Shown: one piece after another, positions 1 through 11,405 of the stretch
Layout of the letters: each line of letters starts with the position of its first letter
Numbering within the stretch: the stretch's first letter is position 1
Assembly (NCBI GenBank): GCA_965637545.1
Contig: OZ281499.1
Coordinates: 11,656,001 to 11,720,000, forward strand
From: Phallusia mammillata
Taxonomy: Eukaryota
Reading direction: 5' to 3'
DNA length: 64,000 bases
The notes under the pieces: generated by a model
Told to the model about the DNA's origin: nothing
Databases searched by the model: none
The model's input: only the letters and a program-made list of their open reading frames with translations
Program-made: the position numbers and the translations under genes

Positions 1-572
1 AGGTCAGCTTCAGTGTTTTACTTAAAAACAAAACACACATTTGCGTACCAGATTGTTTATTATAACAATGTCATTGCAGGTAAGTTCAGCAGCACCTTTA
101 AATTCGTGAAATTCACACAAACATATTGCGGTGTTACCAGTTTAAAGAAGACACCGGCAGACATAAACATGCATCATTTACAATATCAGGGGTCAAAAAC
201 AATATTCCATGGAAGTATAGGATCAGAAATATACGAAAGGTCGAGGGGTATTGAAGTTGGTTCGTATATATATTAATTTTTGGGGGGTTCGAATTAATTT
301 GATAAGTTGGGATCCATTAAAGTTTGGCTGGAGGCACTGTACAATATAACCATAGTTTCGTCCGAAGCAATAACAGTGAAAACATGCCGTCAAGTTCGCA
401 CGATTAGAGGGATGCCACGCAATGTTACACACAAATATAACGTGCAAAAAATTCAAAAAACGTTACAGGAACACTGTTAGACGCTAACAACAAAACTGCT
501 CGAAGTTGCATTAGTGGGTTAAAAAAGAACAAGACTGTTCGCGAAGACAGTGGATTTGTTCATCAATTTACC

Positions 573-3500
573 TCATAGCATTGCCGGAGCAACATGCGGA
601 CTGTGACAGGAGGCAATGGACATCAAAAGAGGCAAGTCTTGTGACTCGATTCTGTGTGGAAAAAAGAAAGTTTAAACAGGCTTTAACATTGACATCTTGT
701 ATGGGTGTTTGGAAACTAGTCATGGGGCCGGTCATGTGGTATAGACGTTTTTTTTTTTTCCTTTCAATTATTCCGATCATTAAATGAACTCTACTGCTTA
801 CCCGAGAACCGCTGACAATTGGGCGACAGTAACTCTTTTGTGCCCTCTAACGTATTCCGCAAGCATTCGGCTTTTAAGAACAAGTTGACGTAGCTCCCCT
901 TCCAAATGCGCCATGCACTGTACAGGAAATATCCGTCAGTTAACTGCTTTCGTGATCACATATTTCATCCAGCAAAGCACGCATATACTTACAAATTGTG
1001 GTGAAACTTTCATCGCTGACATGTGTGCAACTTGTTGGACAATATTGCTTACTAGTTTCGATGTTAGAGCAGTCAAAGAAGGTTTGTCAGAATGGAGACG
1101 CTGACTGCTGTAAACCTTTACTGTACTGTAAATACGATAAACAAAAAATGATGTAAATATAATGACAAGGACTAATCAAGTTGCAGGATTCTTTCAAATT
1201 AAACATAGGATTCATTCCGGTTTGAATTTATAATTTCTACAACTTCATTGGAATTCCCTTAAACAATTCATTGCGTTAAAAAATGAAACTTACCAGCTGT
1301 CGACATCGGCGTGAATACAAACTGCTTCGCTAACCGGTTCGTCCAATGGTGGATTACGAACCGTGTGGTGAAGATCTTTAAGAATTTTTGATGGTAAATC
1401 CGGTTGATTGGGAACGCCGTGGAGCACAAAGTCGTTTAAATATTCCGCGTTAAAACTGCAACCAATTTACACCAGAGCTCATTAACAAGCTGCGTAATGT
1501 TTGATAACAAACCATACACAAGCATGCAAAAATATATTATAGGGCCAAAAATACTTACTCAGCCATTAAAGAATCCCATTCAGGGGAAAATTGGTTCACT
1601 GAAGAAGATTTTGGAAGGGACTTCATGTCTGAAACGGGAATTTCTTTTGCAACAAGATCGGCAGAAATCAGTGAGGTCGAACTTGGTTCCGCACCGACTT
1701 TCGAAATAACTGGACGATTTACCGATACAGGAGTTTCGTGTTGGTTTTGTTCGTGAAACTTGACTTCCTCGCTACAAGCCTTAAAGCTGACCACGCCCAC
1801 CGGTCCTTTTGAAGGCAGTAGGGGAGGGGGACTCTTGATTTGACCACTTGTACTCTGACGCGGCAATGGAACAGGGTTTGGCTTGTTGCTTATGTCGCTA
1901 GAAACCTGTTTAGCAACAGCTGGTTTTGAATACATGTCGTCAAAATACTCTTCAAACGCGTTATGATTGATTTCAATCGACGGGATTCGCATCAGTTTTA
2001 ACCGTTGCAAGCTGGGACTTTCCATCTCCTCCGATGAAACAACTTCAGAGTTGATTGTCTTAGATTGAGTCGGTGAGGAAGGAAGTGCGTGTCTGCGTGT
2101 TCCCAACTTGCACCGGTTTCCATTCACAGCAGCAGCATCTCTTACTTCACCGCATACTTTCTTTTTAGTATTGGCGGATGGATTAGAAACTGATCTTGCT
2201 GGTGAAGTCCTGTCTTTAGCAGAAACTTGGTCTGAGGTCGTTTTTTGAATGACAACTTCGTCTCCGACTGAACGAGTTTTCTTGTGACCCAGACTTGGTG
2301 ACTTTTCTACGGCTGTTATGGGAGAGGGTGGAGAAGGTTTGGTTGCATGACTGGCAGCTGTTATACATGAACTTTGCACATTAACAACTCGCGTTACAGG
2401 TGGTTCCACTAAGTCAACAAATGTCTGCACACGACGAACGCCAGCACTTTCAGGTGTGGGCTGTTTTATAGCAGGCGATGATTTGACATGTTTCATTGCT
2501 GCTGGGCTGTCGGGCTTGTGCGTTGGTACTTCGGGCCACTCAATTTCATCGAACTTTGATAATGGCGAGGTTTGCCTCATGCAAAATGCGCCATCGAATT
2601 TGTTAGCTGCAAAAAAAAATTGGATGATTACTCAAAGTAACGTGATTTAAGGAACATGTTTTAAGGTTTTGCATTTAAAAATAGAATTTATTATTTGGAT
2701 ATTTTATGGTGTGTGGCATTTAACAAGATCTAGTAATTTTTAACTTACATAATCCCTTTTTTACAGGGCTGTTTGGGTGTCGGCTGGCTGGCTTAGGTGG
2801 CAGTTTGGGCGCCGTGGCTTTAGGTGAAGGTGTCGCAGTAAACTCATTTGACGTCCTCCTGCTTTGAATGGGTCTACTTTTCGGCACTGCATCGTTCGAG
2901 TATGTTCGATGTCTGGACAAACAATGAAACGAACAAATGAAAAAAGCGCTGGATGTTTCACACACGCGTGCAAATTATCAGTCACATGCTGCGTGATGAA
3001 ATTGACATGTGACCAAATCGTTCACGTGAACAACAGGCTGCGATATGTAAGTACCTTGTGACACAGCACATTTCCGCAACACCAACAAATCTTGCTTAAG
3101 AAAAATCTTGCTACTGGAGTGCTACAAACAACAAGATGTAAACACTGCTACAAACCTGTTTGAAAAACTTGTGTTCAATAATAGACCACTTCTATTACTG
3201 CTGTTTTTCACCATTGGTCCGCTGTTGCTGCGGTTTAGTGGTAAAAGTGAAGATTGTATGTTTGTCTGAAATGGGGTTGATTTACTTCTTAATACAGTAT
3301 TTCGAGATGTGTCCTGCAGTTTGCCTGCAAAATCTTTTTCTCCATTGTTAATTGACACAAGTACATATTCAGATTCTTCCAAGTCACATCGAACAAGATT
3401 TGTAGACAAATTTTTGGTTGGGTCACTTGTATGTTTCAGAGCCTGCCAAAAATATGAAAATAATTGATTTCAAAAATTCCAATCACATTTTGCATTTGCC

Positions 3501-6170
3501 TTTAGACAACTCTTTAGGAATGAACCAATCTTACCAAAGGTGTTAGTTGATCAGGAACCTGTACAGCATCTTTTAAGTTGCTGCACTGAATAAAATAGGA
3601 TATAACAGACAAAATGGTTGAGACCATCTCATGCTGGGCGCCACTAACAACAGTTTTGCAAATTTTTGTGGGAGATCCAACTGCTCCATAAAGATCACTG
3701 GAAAATAGATTTGTTTAGTTTTTGCTAGTAGAACCGCATTTGGAAATTGCTGCAATAATTACCCAAGTTGTGCCCATAAAGTGTTGTATTCCTCACTTTG
3801 CTTATTCTGTTTAAGGTTATTTGATGGTGAAGAAAATCCAACCCACCCCAAATGGTAAGTAAGTGTCGCAGTCAAAAGACCACTGAAAAAGCTAAAAACA
3901 AACAGTGCCATTTTAGTCCTGTTTGGACATACCAACAGAATGTTACCAGTTACTTACTAATTGGTTTGCTTGTTATTAAAATGGTGCACAATTCTTGTAA
4001 GGTCACTTAAAAAGTGTCTGACAACAAGATCCTGGTGTGTACTTGTAACTGCTGGTGAAGTTATAGTTGACCAAACTGGCTCTGGGAGTCTTTGTGTAGT
4101 GTACACATTATGCAACTTAGTAGAAAAAACATCAAGACTCTGATAATCAAAACAATGATATTACACCTCCAATCATCTTGCAGAAAACAGTTTTAAACTT
4201 TTACCTTCATCATGGCTGCAATAAATTCCTGTTTTGGTCGGATTTTTACAGCCTTTTCAATGTTTTCTTTCAACTCAGTAAGATGGCTTTCAAATATTGG
4301 AAATCTTTCAAAGAAGAAATGCTGGAATGTTCTAAAAAACAGATTTAACCACATTTAAAATAAAAAACCCATACATATATTTGGTGATCGCAAAAATCAC
4401 GTACCTGTAATTGTTTGGTTCTGGTTCACAGATTATTGCAAAACCAATTCTCATTCGATTTTGTCGAAGTGGAGGAGCAGTCTCATCACCCTTTTAAAAT
4501 CAAATTTTAAAAACTTCAAATGTAAGGGCTTCTAAACACCAACATGCAAACAACAAAATTACCGTATCATACAACATAAAGCTATCACGCTGCGTTGGAG
4601 GAAGAGAATGTGCTTTCTTATTGGGCAATGACATTGGCTTCAACCCACTACCCAAAGATCCTGTGAAAAAATAATGTTTATTTTTTGTACAGGTTGTCTG
4701 CTTTGAAAAGGTATAAAATCGTAAATTACCTGTAAAACTCTGTGAAAAACCATGATAACCAGAAAACAGTGAGGCAAGGGAATTATTGGAATCCGACCTA
4801 TGCATTCCTGAATCTGATGCTGCCTCCTTATTCATAGGAATTGCAGCAGTTGGTGTTGTTGAAACTGTGTGAGTAACAAATAGGTTTTAAAACGGATTAA
4901 ATTTAGTTCCACATTTTAATAGTAATCTTAAAGACTATTATCTGATCAAAAACATCAACATACAAGAATCACCATTTGTTAACAAAAATCTGAACATTGT
5001 TGTTTTCACCTGGCATGGTTTGGGCTTTTCTTCTGCTATAAACTTGGTTGGGTTTTGGTATTTCAAGGTGATTGTCCAATCTCCTGTCCAAACTGTGCAC
5101 ACTATTTGGACATTTGAAGGAAGGAAGACAAAATACTCTGCTAACCATGATTTGGGGAGGATTACTAAAATAAAAACACATGTCATGAATTTTGCAATAC
5201 ATTTTTTTTACAAAGTTTGTGACATGCAAAAATTTTTGGGAAAACTACATTTTCTATTTACCGTATGGTGTGAACCTTTAGTGAAGGTGCTTTTTGAACC
5301 ATACCAACAGAACCAAAAAGCATTTCAGCTAAAACATCCCAATCAGATGGTATCCGGACAATCTAAACAGATAAAGGAAATTTAAACAAGCTGCATTACC
5401 ATTTTACATAAATATCTGACAAGCACCTCATATTTCACAACTTCTTGATCCTGTTCATGTAGGTTTCCATGTGATGTTTGTACCTCTCGTTTTTCAATGC
5501 TGGTAGTTTTTTGATAGCATTTTGAATCAAATATATTTTTACGGTCACTTGTGTCACCAAGTTCTTGAAACAACACTAGCCTAACATTAGGAGATGGTCT
5601 TCCCACAAAAACTGTCACATCTGACACTTTCGGGATGGGAGAAGAAATATCCTTGCTGGTGTTGATGTTTGGTTGTGATGACTTCCTGTTAGAACATATC
5701 CGGTGCATAAAAACAAAGTTGAACAACATCTTCCACATACCAGGTGCACACAATAATCAGTTAGTATAAAATATTGGATGTTATATATTTGAATCGCGGG
5801 TATCCCATGACATTTTTAAAATCACTTTTCCATGTGACTAATCCATATGAATCATCGCGACCATGGCTGGGTTGATATGTAAATGCCATGGTCTCCACAT
5901 AAATTTGTAATTGAAAAGTTTACACATATATAAATTATGATCAATTACAACAGTTCCACCAAAAAATGCAACTAAAAACACACCTAAAGAATCTTTTATC
6001 ACAGCTTTTCTGACCAAAATACAACTGCAAATTGTGCCTATATTACAAGTTATCATTTATTTCTGCATTTTAGTCGGCAAATACTTTATTACATATTAAA
6101 CTAACCTGAACAGGGAACACTTTGTCAATTGGTGGTTAATTTTTTTGTGCCATTTTTGAAATGAATCCAT
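573..6170 (-). CDS. FNIP: Folliculin-interacting protein (FNIP1/2 co-ortholog), 18 coding exons, about 1133 aa
   Basis: Exons in transcription order: 6170-6106, 5685-5484, 5362-5262, 5164-5010, 4864-4760, 4660-4563, 4490-4405, 4331-4205, 4139-3958, 3891-3763, 3697-3535, 3442-3156, 2912-2749, 2606-1559, 1455-1294, 1125-993, 917-802, 651-573. All introns are GT-AG and phases are consistent (3402 nt total). FNIP-diagnostic motifs: VRLVLFQE..RKNIFDS, DVLAEMLFGSVGM, YHLGWV, NTLWAQLGDLYGAVGSP, EESEYVLV, DFVLHG, PLDEPVSEAVCIHADVD, LKSRMLAEYVRG, GIESQDLPLLMSIASCHSPHVA. Confidence 0.95.
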
Positions 6171-7954
6171 TTTGTCCAGGAGGCTGGTGAAATGACAAGC
6201 CCACAAACAGTCACTTTCATTTCATTGATAGAAATATTTTTTAAAACAGTAAACAGTCCAAGGTTTTCATTTCTTGAGTTGTAATGTTTAATGAATCAGT
6301 TACATTTTCAACCACTGAAGTATTCAGCGCTAACTTTCAAGTCTCCTTTCAGTTCATGTTTAGCTGAAAAAAGTTTAATAATTTACCTTCACTACTGTAC
6401 TAAACACCAGAAAAACATGTGATACAACCTAAACTAGACTCTATTGTACATTTGTACATTACAAAATTCATTCAACGAAAATTCTAAAAAACGCGGCGTT
6501 TTTGTCTGGAACAATCAACAACATCCTCGTTTGTCAATGTTTTTAATCAAAAATTAACATTAAGTTTGAAAGACTTATAATACTTAACAAATCTAAATAA
6601 AATCCAATACAGTTTACAGTTCTAACACACTTGCGACAATCAAAAACGTCTCAAATATCAGGAACCCATTTCACTGGCAAAGACCAGTATTGCTCTGCTT
6701 AAACTCGTGATGGAACATCATGTGACTGACTGACTCGACTGGTGCTGCGTCACAACAACGCATTGATCATCGCAACTAGCGCGTGACGAGGTAACTGCGA
6801 CAACGAATCAAAACCGCGTAGGCGGTTTGTGCTAACTTCCCAGCTACATAAGATGAAATTTGTCCCGTGACCTGTTGTTGTTGTTGTCTTACTTAAAGCA
6901 ATATCAAAACAGAAAAATTCGTTTAATGCTGATGAGTCTCATAAAACTCATAGGTTCTCAACAGTGAGTAAATTTATTCCCAAGGGCTGCATCGGACATC
7001 ACCGAAACCAAGAGTCAAAATTGGGCATTGTTTGCTAACGGAGTTTAATGGAAGAGCGTTTCTAATTTAGTCCTAATAAAACTTGCAAATTACCCCTCAA
7101 AATTTAAAATTAAAAACCTGAGACGATATCACAACTCGTTCCATCAGGATTACAATGCTTACAAAACCAACAACTTGTTGTTGTTAAAATATAAACTTCA
7201 AACATTGATTCTGTTTTTGTTGTTTTTTTCGGTCATGAGTTAATAGGCCTAAGGTAGGATCACGGGCAAATAAAATGAGGGAACCTGGCAAATACTTTCT
7301 TTGCGTTTATGAATTTTCGCTGTAGAATATCATGAATTTTCATGCGCGCGTTTTGCAATTGTTGTGCAGCCCAAAATAAAACAAATGTTAAAGTATAGCC
7401 CAAAAAGTATAATTTCGTTTTGTGGTTTCTCGTGACCCATAAACATACATTCTTACTATTTGGGTTGTATTTTTGTTTGTAAATCAGGAAAGCTTTTTGA
7501 AAGTTACTGCGCCAGTTTGAAAAATCAAACAAATACTATTCGTTTTTTTTTTCGACCAACTTTGAGCTGGTTCAAAGCATTATCAGCCAGACAACGCTTA
7601 ACAGTGATATCACACAAAAATAGGTTGGGAAACACTGGTCTAGTTAACCTTTGTTACACGTATTGATGAATTGTGACGTAATAAATAGAACCTTGATGCA
7701 CTGTAGCTAAATTGCGACCGATCCAAATTGCATGGCAATGCGTTTCAGTGAATCGTTTAATTGAAGTCATCCTTCATGATGTGCTTGGTTTGTGTTCAGG
7801 AAAAATGCATCTTTTTTCTTTGATGTAGCCTACTTGTTTTACATTCATTAAAATTATTTTATGGGGGGTTCCGCAAATTTTGACAAAATACCTTAAGGGT
7901 TCCGTGCCACTAAAAAGTTTGAAGAGCACTTGTTTAGACTTTAGAACCCTTGCT

Positions 7955-8479
7955 CAGTGATTCTCAACCGGGGGTCCGCATGGCGTTTTCACGGGGTCCG
8001 GGACAACTTCTTAATTCAATTCAATTCATTTATTTACGTGATGACACTACGTAGGATCAGCTTGAACCACAAGTGGTTATACAGGAGCTGACCTTAAAAA
8101 GATTGATAAATCGCGATTTGAAACAAAACACTTCAGCGTTTTAAAACAGCAAGAAACTTGTTTAAAATCATTCTTCATAGGCGTCAAACCAAAAGCATTG
8201 TAACAATTAAACCCAATTGTGATGCAACAGTCGTAAATTGTTAGTGGAAAACATCGTCCCATCACAATGTAATGTGTCTTTCTTGTTGATTCCCGTCGCC
8301 GCAACCCAACAAACAAATTGAAATTTTGTTCATGGACCGAACGTGGTTGCTATTTAATGCACCATGTTTTGGTTGCTTGTTAATTAAAAAGGACAAAAAT
8401 ACCTACAACTCAAAAGGGTCCGCGATTAGATAACAGTATCGAAAAGGGTCCGCAAAGGCAAAACGGTTGAGAACCATTG
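7955..8479. mobile_element. Non-autonomous hAT-like MITE (older, TSD not retained)
   Basis: Terminal inverted repeats CAGTGATTCTCAACC and GGTTGAGAACCATTG (13/15), with repeated subterminal GGGTCCGC motifs. The flanking 8-mers do not match. Confidence 0.6.
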
Positions 8480-8729
8480 CTATAGATTGATATAGTTTAG
8501 TTTAAAACTGAGGTTAGAAAAGTTGCCTATCCCTGATCTCTACGGCCATTAAGTAATGCAGAGATCGGTAGACGTAGCCTACCTTTTTATTGTTATTACA
8601 ACATATTAGATTTCATATAGTTCATCCAAATAATTTGCTACATTATAGACAACACAATACTAATAATAACTTTCTTGTGTCATTTGGTTTAAAAACAAAG
8701 TGGTATTACTCGTCAGAGGAGATTATTAT

Positions 8730-9072
8730 TAGTGATGTACCGAATCGGCTAAATTTAGTCGTGTTTCATCCTTATTTCAGTTCTGTGGGGTTTAAAATTG
8801 CCTCAGGCATGATTGGCAACCTGCCAATGAGAAAATAGATAATGTGTTGAAAAAGATAAAAATTGACGCGATTTTCGTTATGTTTGGGCTTTTGAAAGAT
8901 TCCATGGTACCTTAATGAGCAGAAAAGACATGTTTAACGCTTTAAATTTGTGTTCGTAAAAGATTCGGTTTCGGCCGAAACGCAACAAATTATTCGGCCG
9001 AAACCGAATCTTTGCAAAAATGACCAATTCTGCCGAATAAATTCGGCAAACCGAATATTCGGTACATCTCTA
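8730..9072. mobile_element. hAT-type MITE with 8 bp TSD
   Basis: TIRs TAGTGATGTACCGAAT and ATTCGGTACATCTCTA (15/16). TSD ATTATTAT at 8722-8729 and 9073-9080. Subterminal TTCGGCCGAAAC palindromic repeats. Confidence 0.85.
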
Positions 9073-10042
9073 ATTATTATTACAATCCACACAAAGTTAC
9101 ACTAGGTCTATAACAAATTAAAGGTTACAAATACTTTGCAGATTTCGAAGCGCTGGTATGGAAGATGTAAAAGTGAAACAAGTTTAAAAATTAAATAACA
9201 GCTATAGTTACCGTTGTATTTAAAAGGTATGACATGTCGCTATAAACAGGGGCTTATTTCTACTGTAGCAAATTAATGGCAAAAACAAACAATCGACACC
9301 AAATATAATTTATTCAAATTACAGCATGTTTAAGCTGTTACACCTTTTTGTACTTGTTTCTTTACAAGGCAGATCCATTGCGAACATTGGGCTGGGGTAC
9401 TTTTTTAGCTTGTAGAATTTGATGAAGTCATAGCAATTGTTAAAAACGCAATGGCGTTGCAATACTGCAATACAAATAACAAGGCCATTAAAATCTTTTT
9501 TCGGGAACATTTTATCACATTTGTGACCGGTACATTTTATCACACACATTTTTGAAGTTCTTTTTTTACTGTGTCCATCCAGGGGTGTCAAACATGCGGT
9601 TGTTTCTTTTACTTATTTACACTATAGACATGTTTGTAATTTATTACAATTTTGTTTTTAGTGTAGTTAATGGTCCTAATGAACGTTTTACTATTTAAAC
9701 ATGCGGTTTATTTGTTGTAATGTTACACTGTATAGGGGGGCGGCAAGTACTTTTGAAGAGATTGCGAAGGCACAATCCAACTCGAAATGATGTTATCCGT
9801 ATCATCAAAACTTTCTGTTTAGCAAGTAACTGACACGGCAGTTTAATTTAGAATTGTCACAACAGCATTTGCGATAATATACTTCTGAAAATTTGTGGTT
9901 TTTGGCTTTTTTGGCATAAAGAGCATGAAATGGTTTAAAGGTTTTTGGTGACATGGGCAACAGGCTAACCACGACTTGTTTTTTTTCTTTCGATGCGACG
10001 CACATTCTGGTGAGGGTGGCGTTGCGTTAGAAAACTCTAATG

Positions 10043-10241
10043 GGTAGAACTACTAACACTGCAATCTGGCTGGCCCCTGGTTGAAATTTGTTTGATAGGT
10101 GGCGCAACGGAGCATAGGCGTTTATGGTGCTGACTCAGCAATTTGGGTTTATGGCACCATAAACGCCTATGCTCCGTTGCGCCACTTATCGAACAAATTT
10201 CAACCAGGGGCCAGCCAGATTGCAGTGTTAGTGGTTCTACC
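10043..10241. mobile_element. Foldback (Mutator-like) MITE with 88 bp arms and 9 bp TSD
   Basis: Arms 10043-10130 and 10154-10241 are reverse complements (85/88) with a 23 nt spacer. TSD ACTCTAATG at 10034-10042 and 10242-10250. It is inserted into the right end of another TIR element (GGGGTCGC...GTTGAGAAACACTG, ending at 10284). Confidence 0.9.
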
Positions 10242-10743
10242 ACTCTAATGGGGGTCGCAGAGTGAAAAATGTTGAGAAACACTGCACTAGTGGTTTCCAC
10301 AGTGTTATTAAAACGAACACCCCCACTGCCGTAGTTTTCTCGATCACTCGATGTGTAAGCAAAAATGAAATACACGAAAACAGTTTGTCCAGCATTTATT
10401 ATTGGATACCACTCGAACTTTGATGTGCAGCTTGCCGTTTGCCAAACTTTCGATAACATTTTAAATTAGTATTCTTTCAAAACGAAATTCCAGGTTACCA
10501 AGTTAATTTACTTGTTTAAAAAATATTCCCACAACAAGTTATATAACAAACACAACGAAACATAAATTTAAGTTTTGTGCGCAAAAACATGCCTCTGTTT
10601 GTAACTTGTGCTGTGATAATAGAGCTTTGCTCAGCCGGGATTTGCGCCCTTGCGAATTGTAAGATGAATAAAATCCGGTTGTACGTTATAGATAGCTAAG
10701 TCATTTTGCGTTCTTGCATGTATAATTTATAATTTGGAAATAG

Positions 10744-10767
10744 CCCCCCCCCCCCCCCCCCCCCCCC
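10744..10767. repeat. C24 homopolymer (G24 on the minus strand)
   Basis: 24 consecutive C residues about 640 bp upstream of the FRAS1 ATG. Confidence 0.9.
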
Positions 10768-11405
10768 TTAGATGTAAAATCGCCCTCAACTCCATCAATT
10801 GACCATAGGGCCTATTGAAGAACATGTGCTGATGACTACTTTCTGAACAGCCACATGGTGACAGAAAAGAGGTTACAAGATTGAACATGCTTTGTACCTC
10901 GGGCATCTTGGAAACTGCAATGAACCAAACCTAGACCAACCATGCTAGCGCAAGTATTTCTTAAATGTCGTTGTGGTATGTACCGATGTTTGCAGTTGTA
11001 GTTCATTTAATAGCAGTCAGGGTGAAAGTGCAACTATATTTTCGTTTGAGTTGTTGTTAGGCGACTTCTATAAAAGTTATGGGCATTGCTTACACAACAT
11101 CGAGATGTCTTAGCTAATTGGCCGCATAAAACATACTAAATTGCCGCCAAGTATAGCGTGTTACTCTGTAGTTAAAATGTAATGATAGCAATTGTCACAT
11201 CTTAAGTTGAACAATTCTTTTATTCTTGGAAATAGTGGCACAAAATTTTGTTTGGCGTTGTTAACTTGTATTGGTTAATTTTGTTGGCAGAACTTGATGT
11301 ATTAATTATAAGAGACTTCATGAGTGGGAAACAGCATGAAAACAGTGTATTAAGCAGAGTGAAGTCATTTGTTTTTTGTTGACACATAAGGATATTATTT
11401 CCACC

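Noticed and set aside
13-276. Plus-strand ORF or microexon (52-79, followed by GTAAGT) of a neighbouring gene
   Set aside because: No recognisable product. The region is equally explained as FNIP 3' UTR (minus-strand AATAAA at 61-56).
1555-2580. 341 aa stand-alone Ser/Pro-rich protein
   Set aside because: It is the large internal exon (2606-1559) of FNIP, with in-phase splice sites on both sides.
6928-6955. CTGATGA as a further hammerhead
   Set aside because: No downstream GAAA/stem II arrangement. The other CTGATGA/CTGAAGA hits I checked also lack the core or lie in coding exons.
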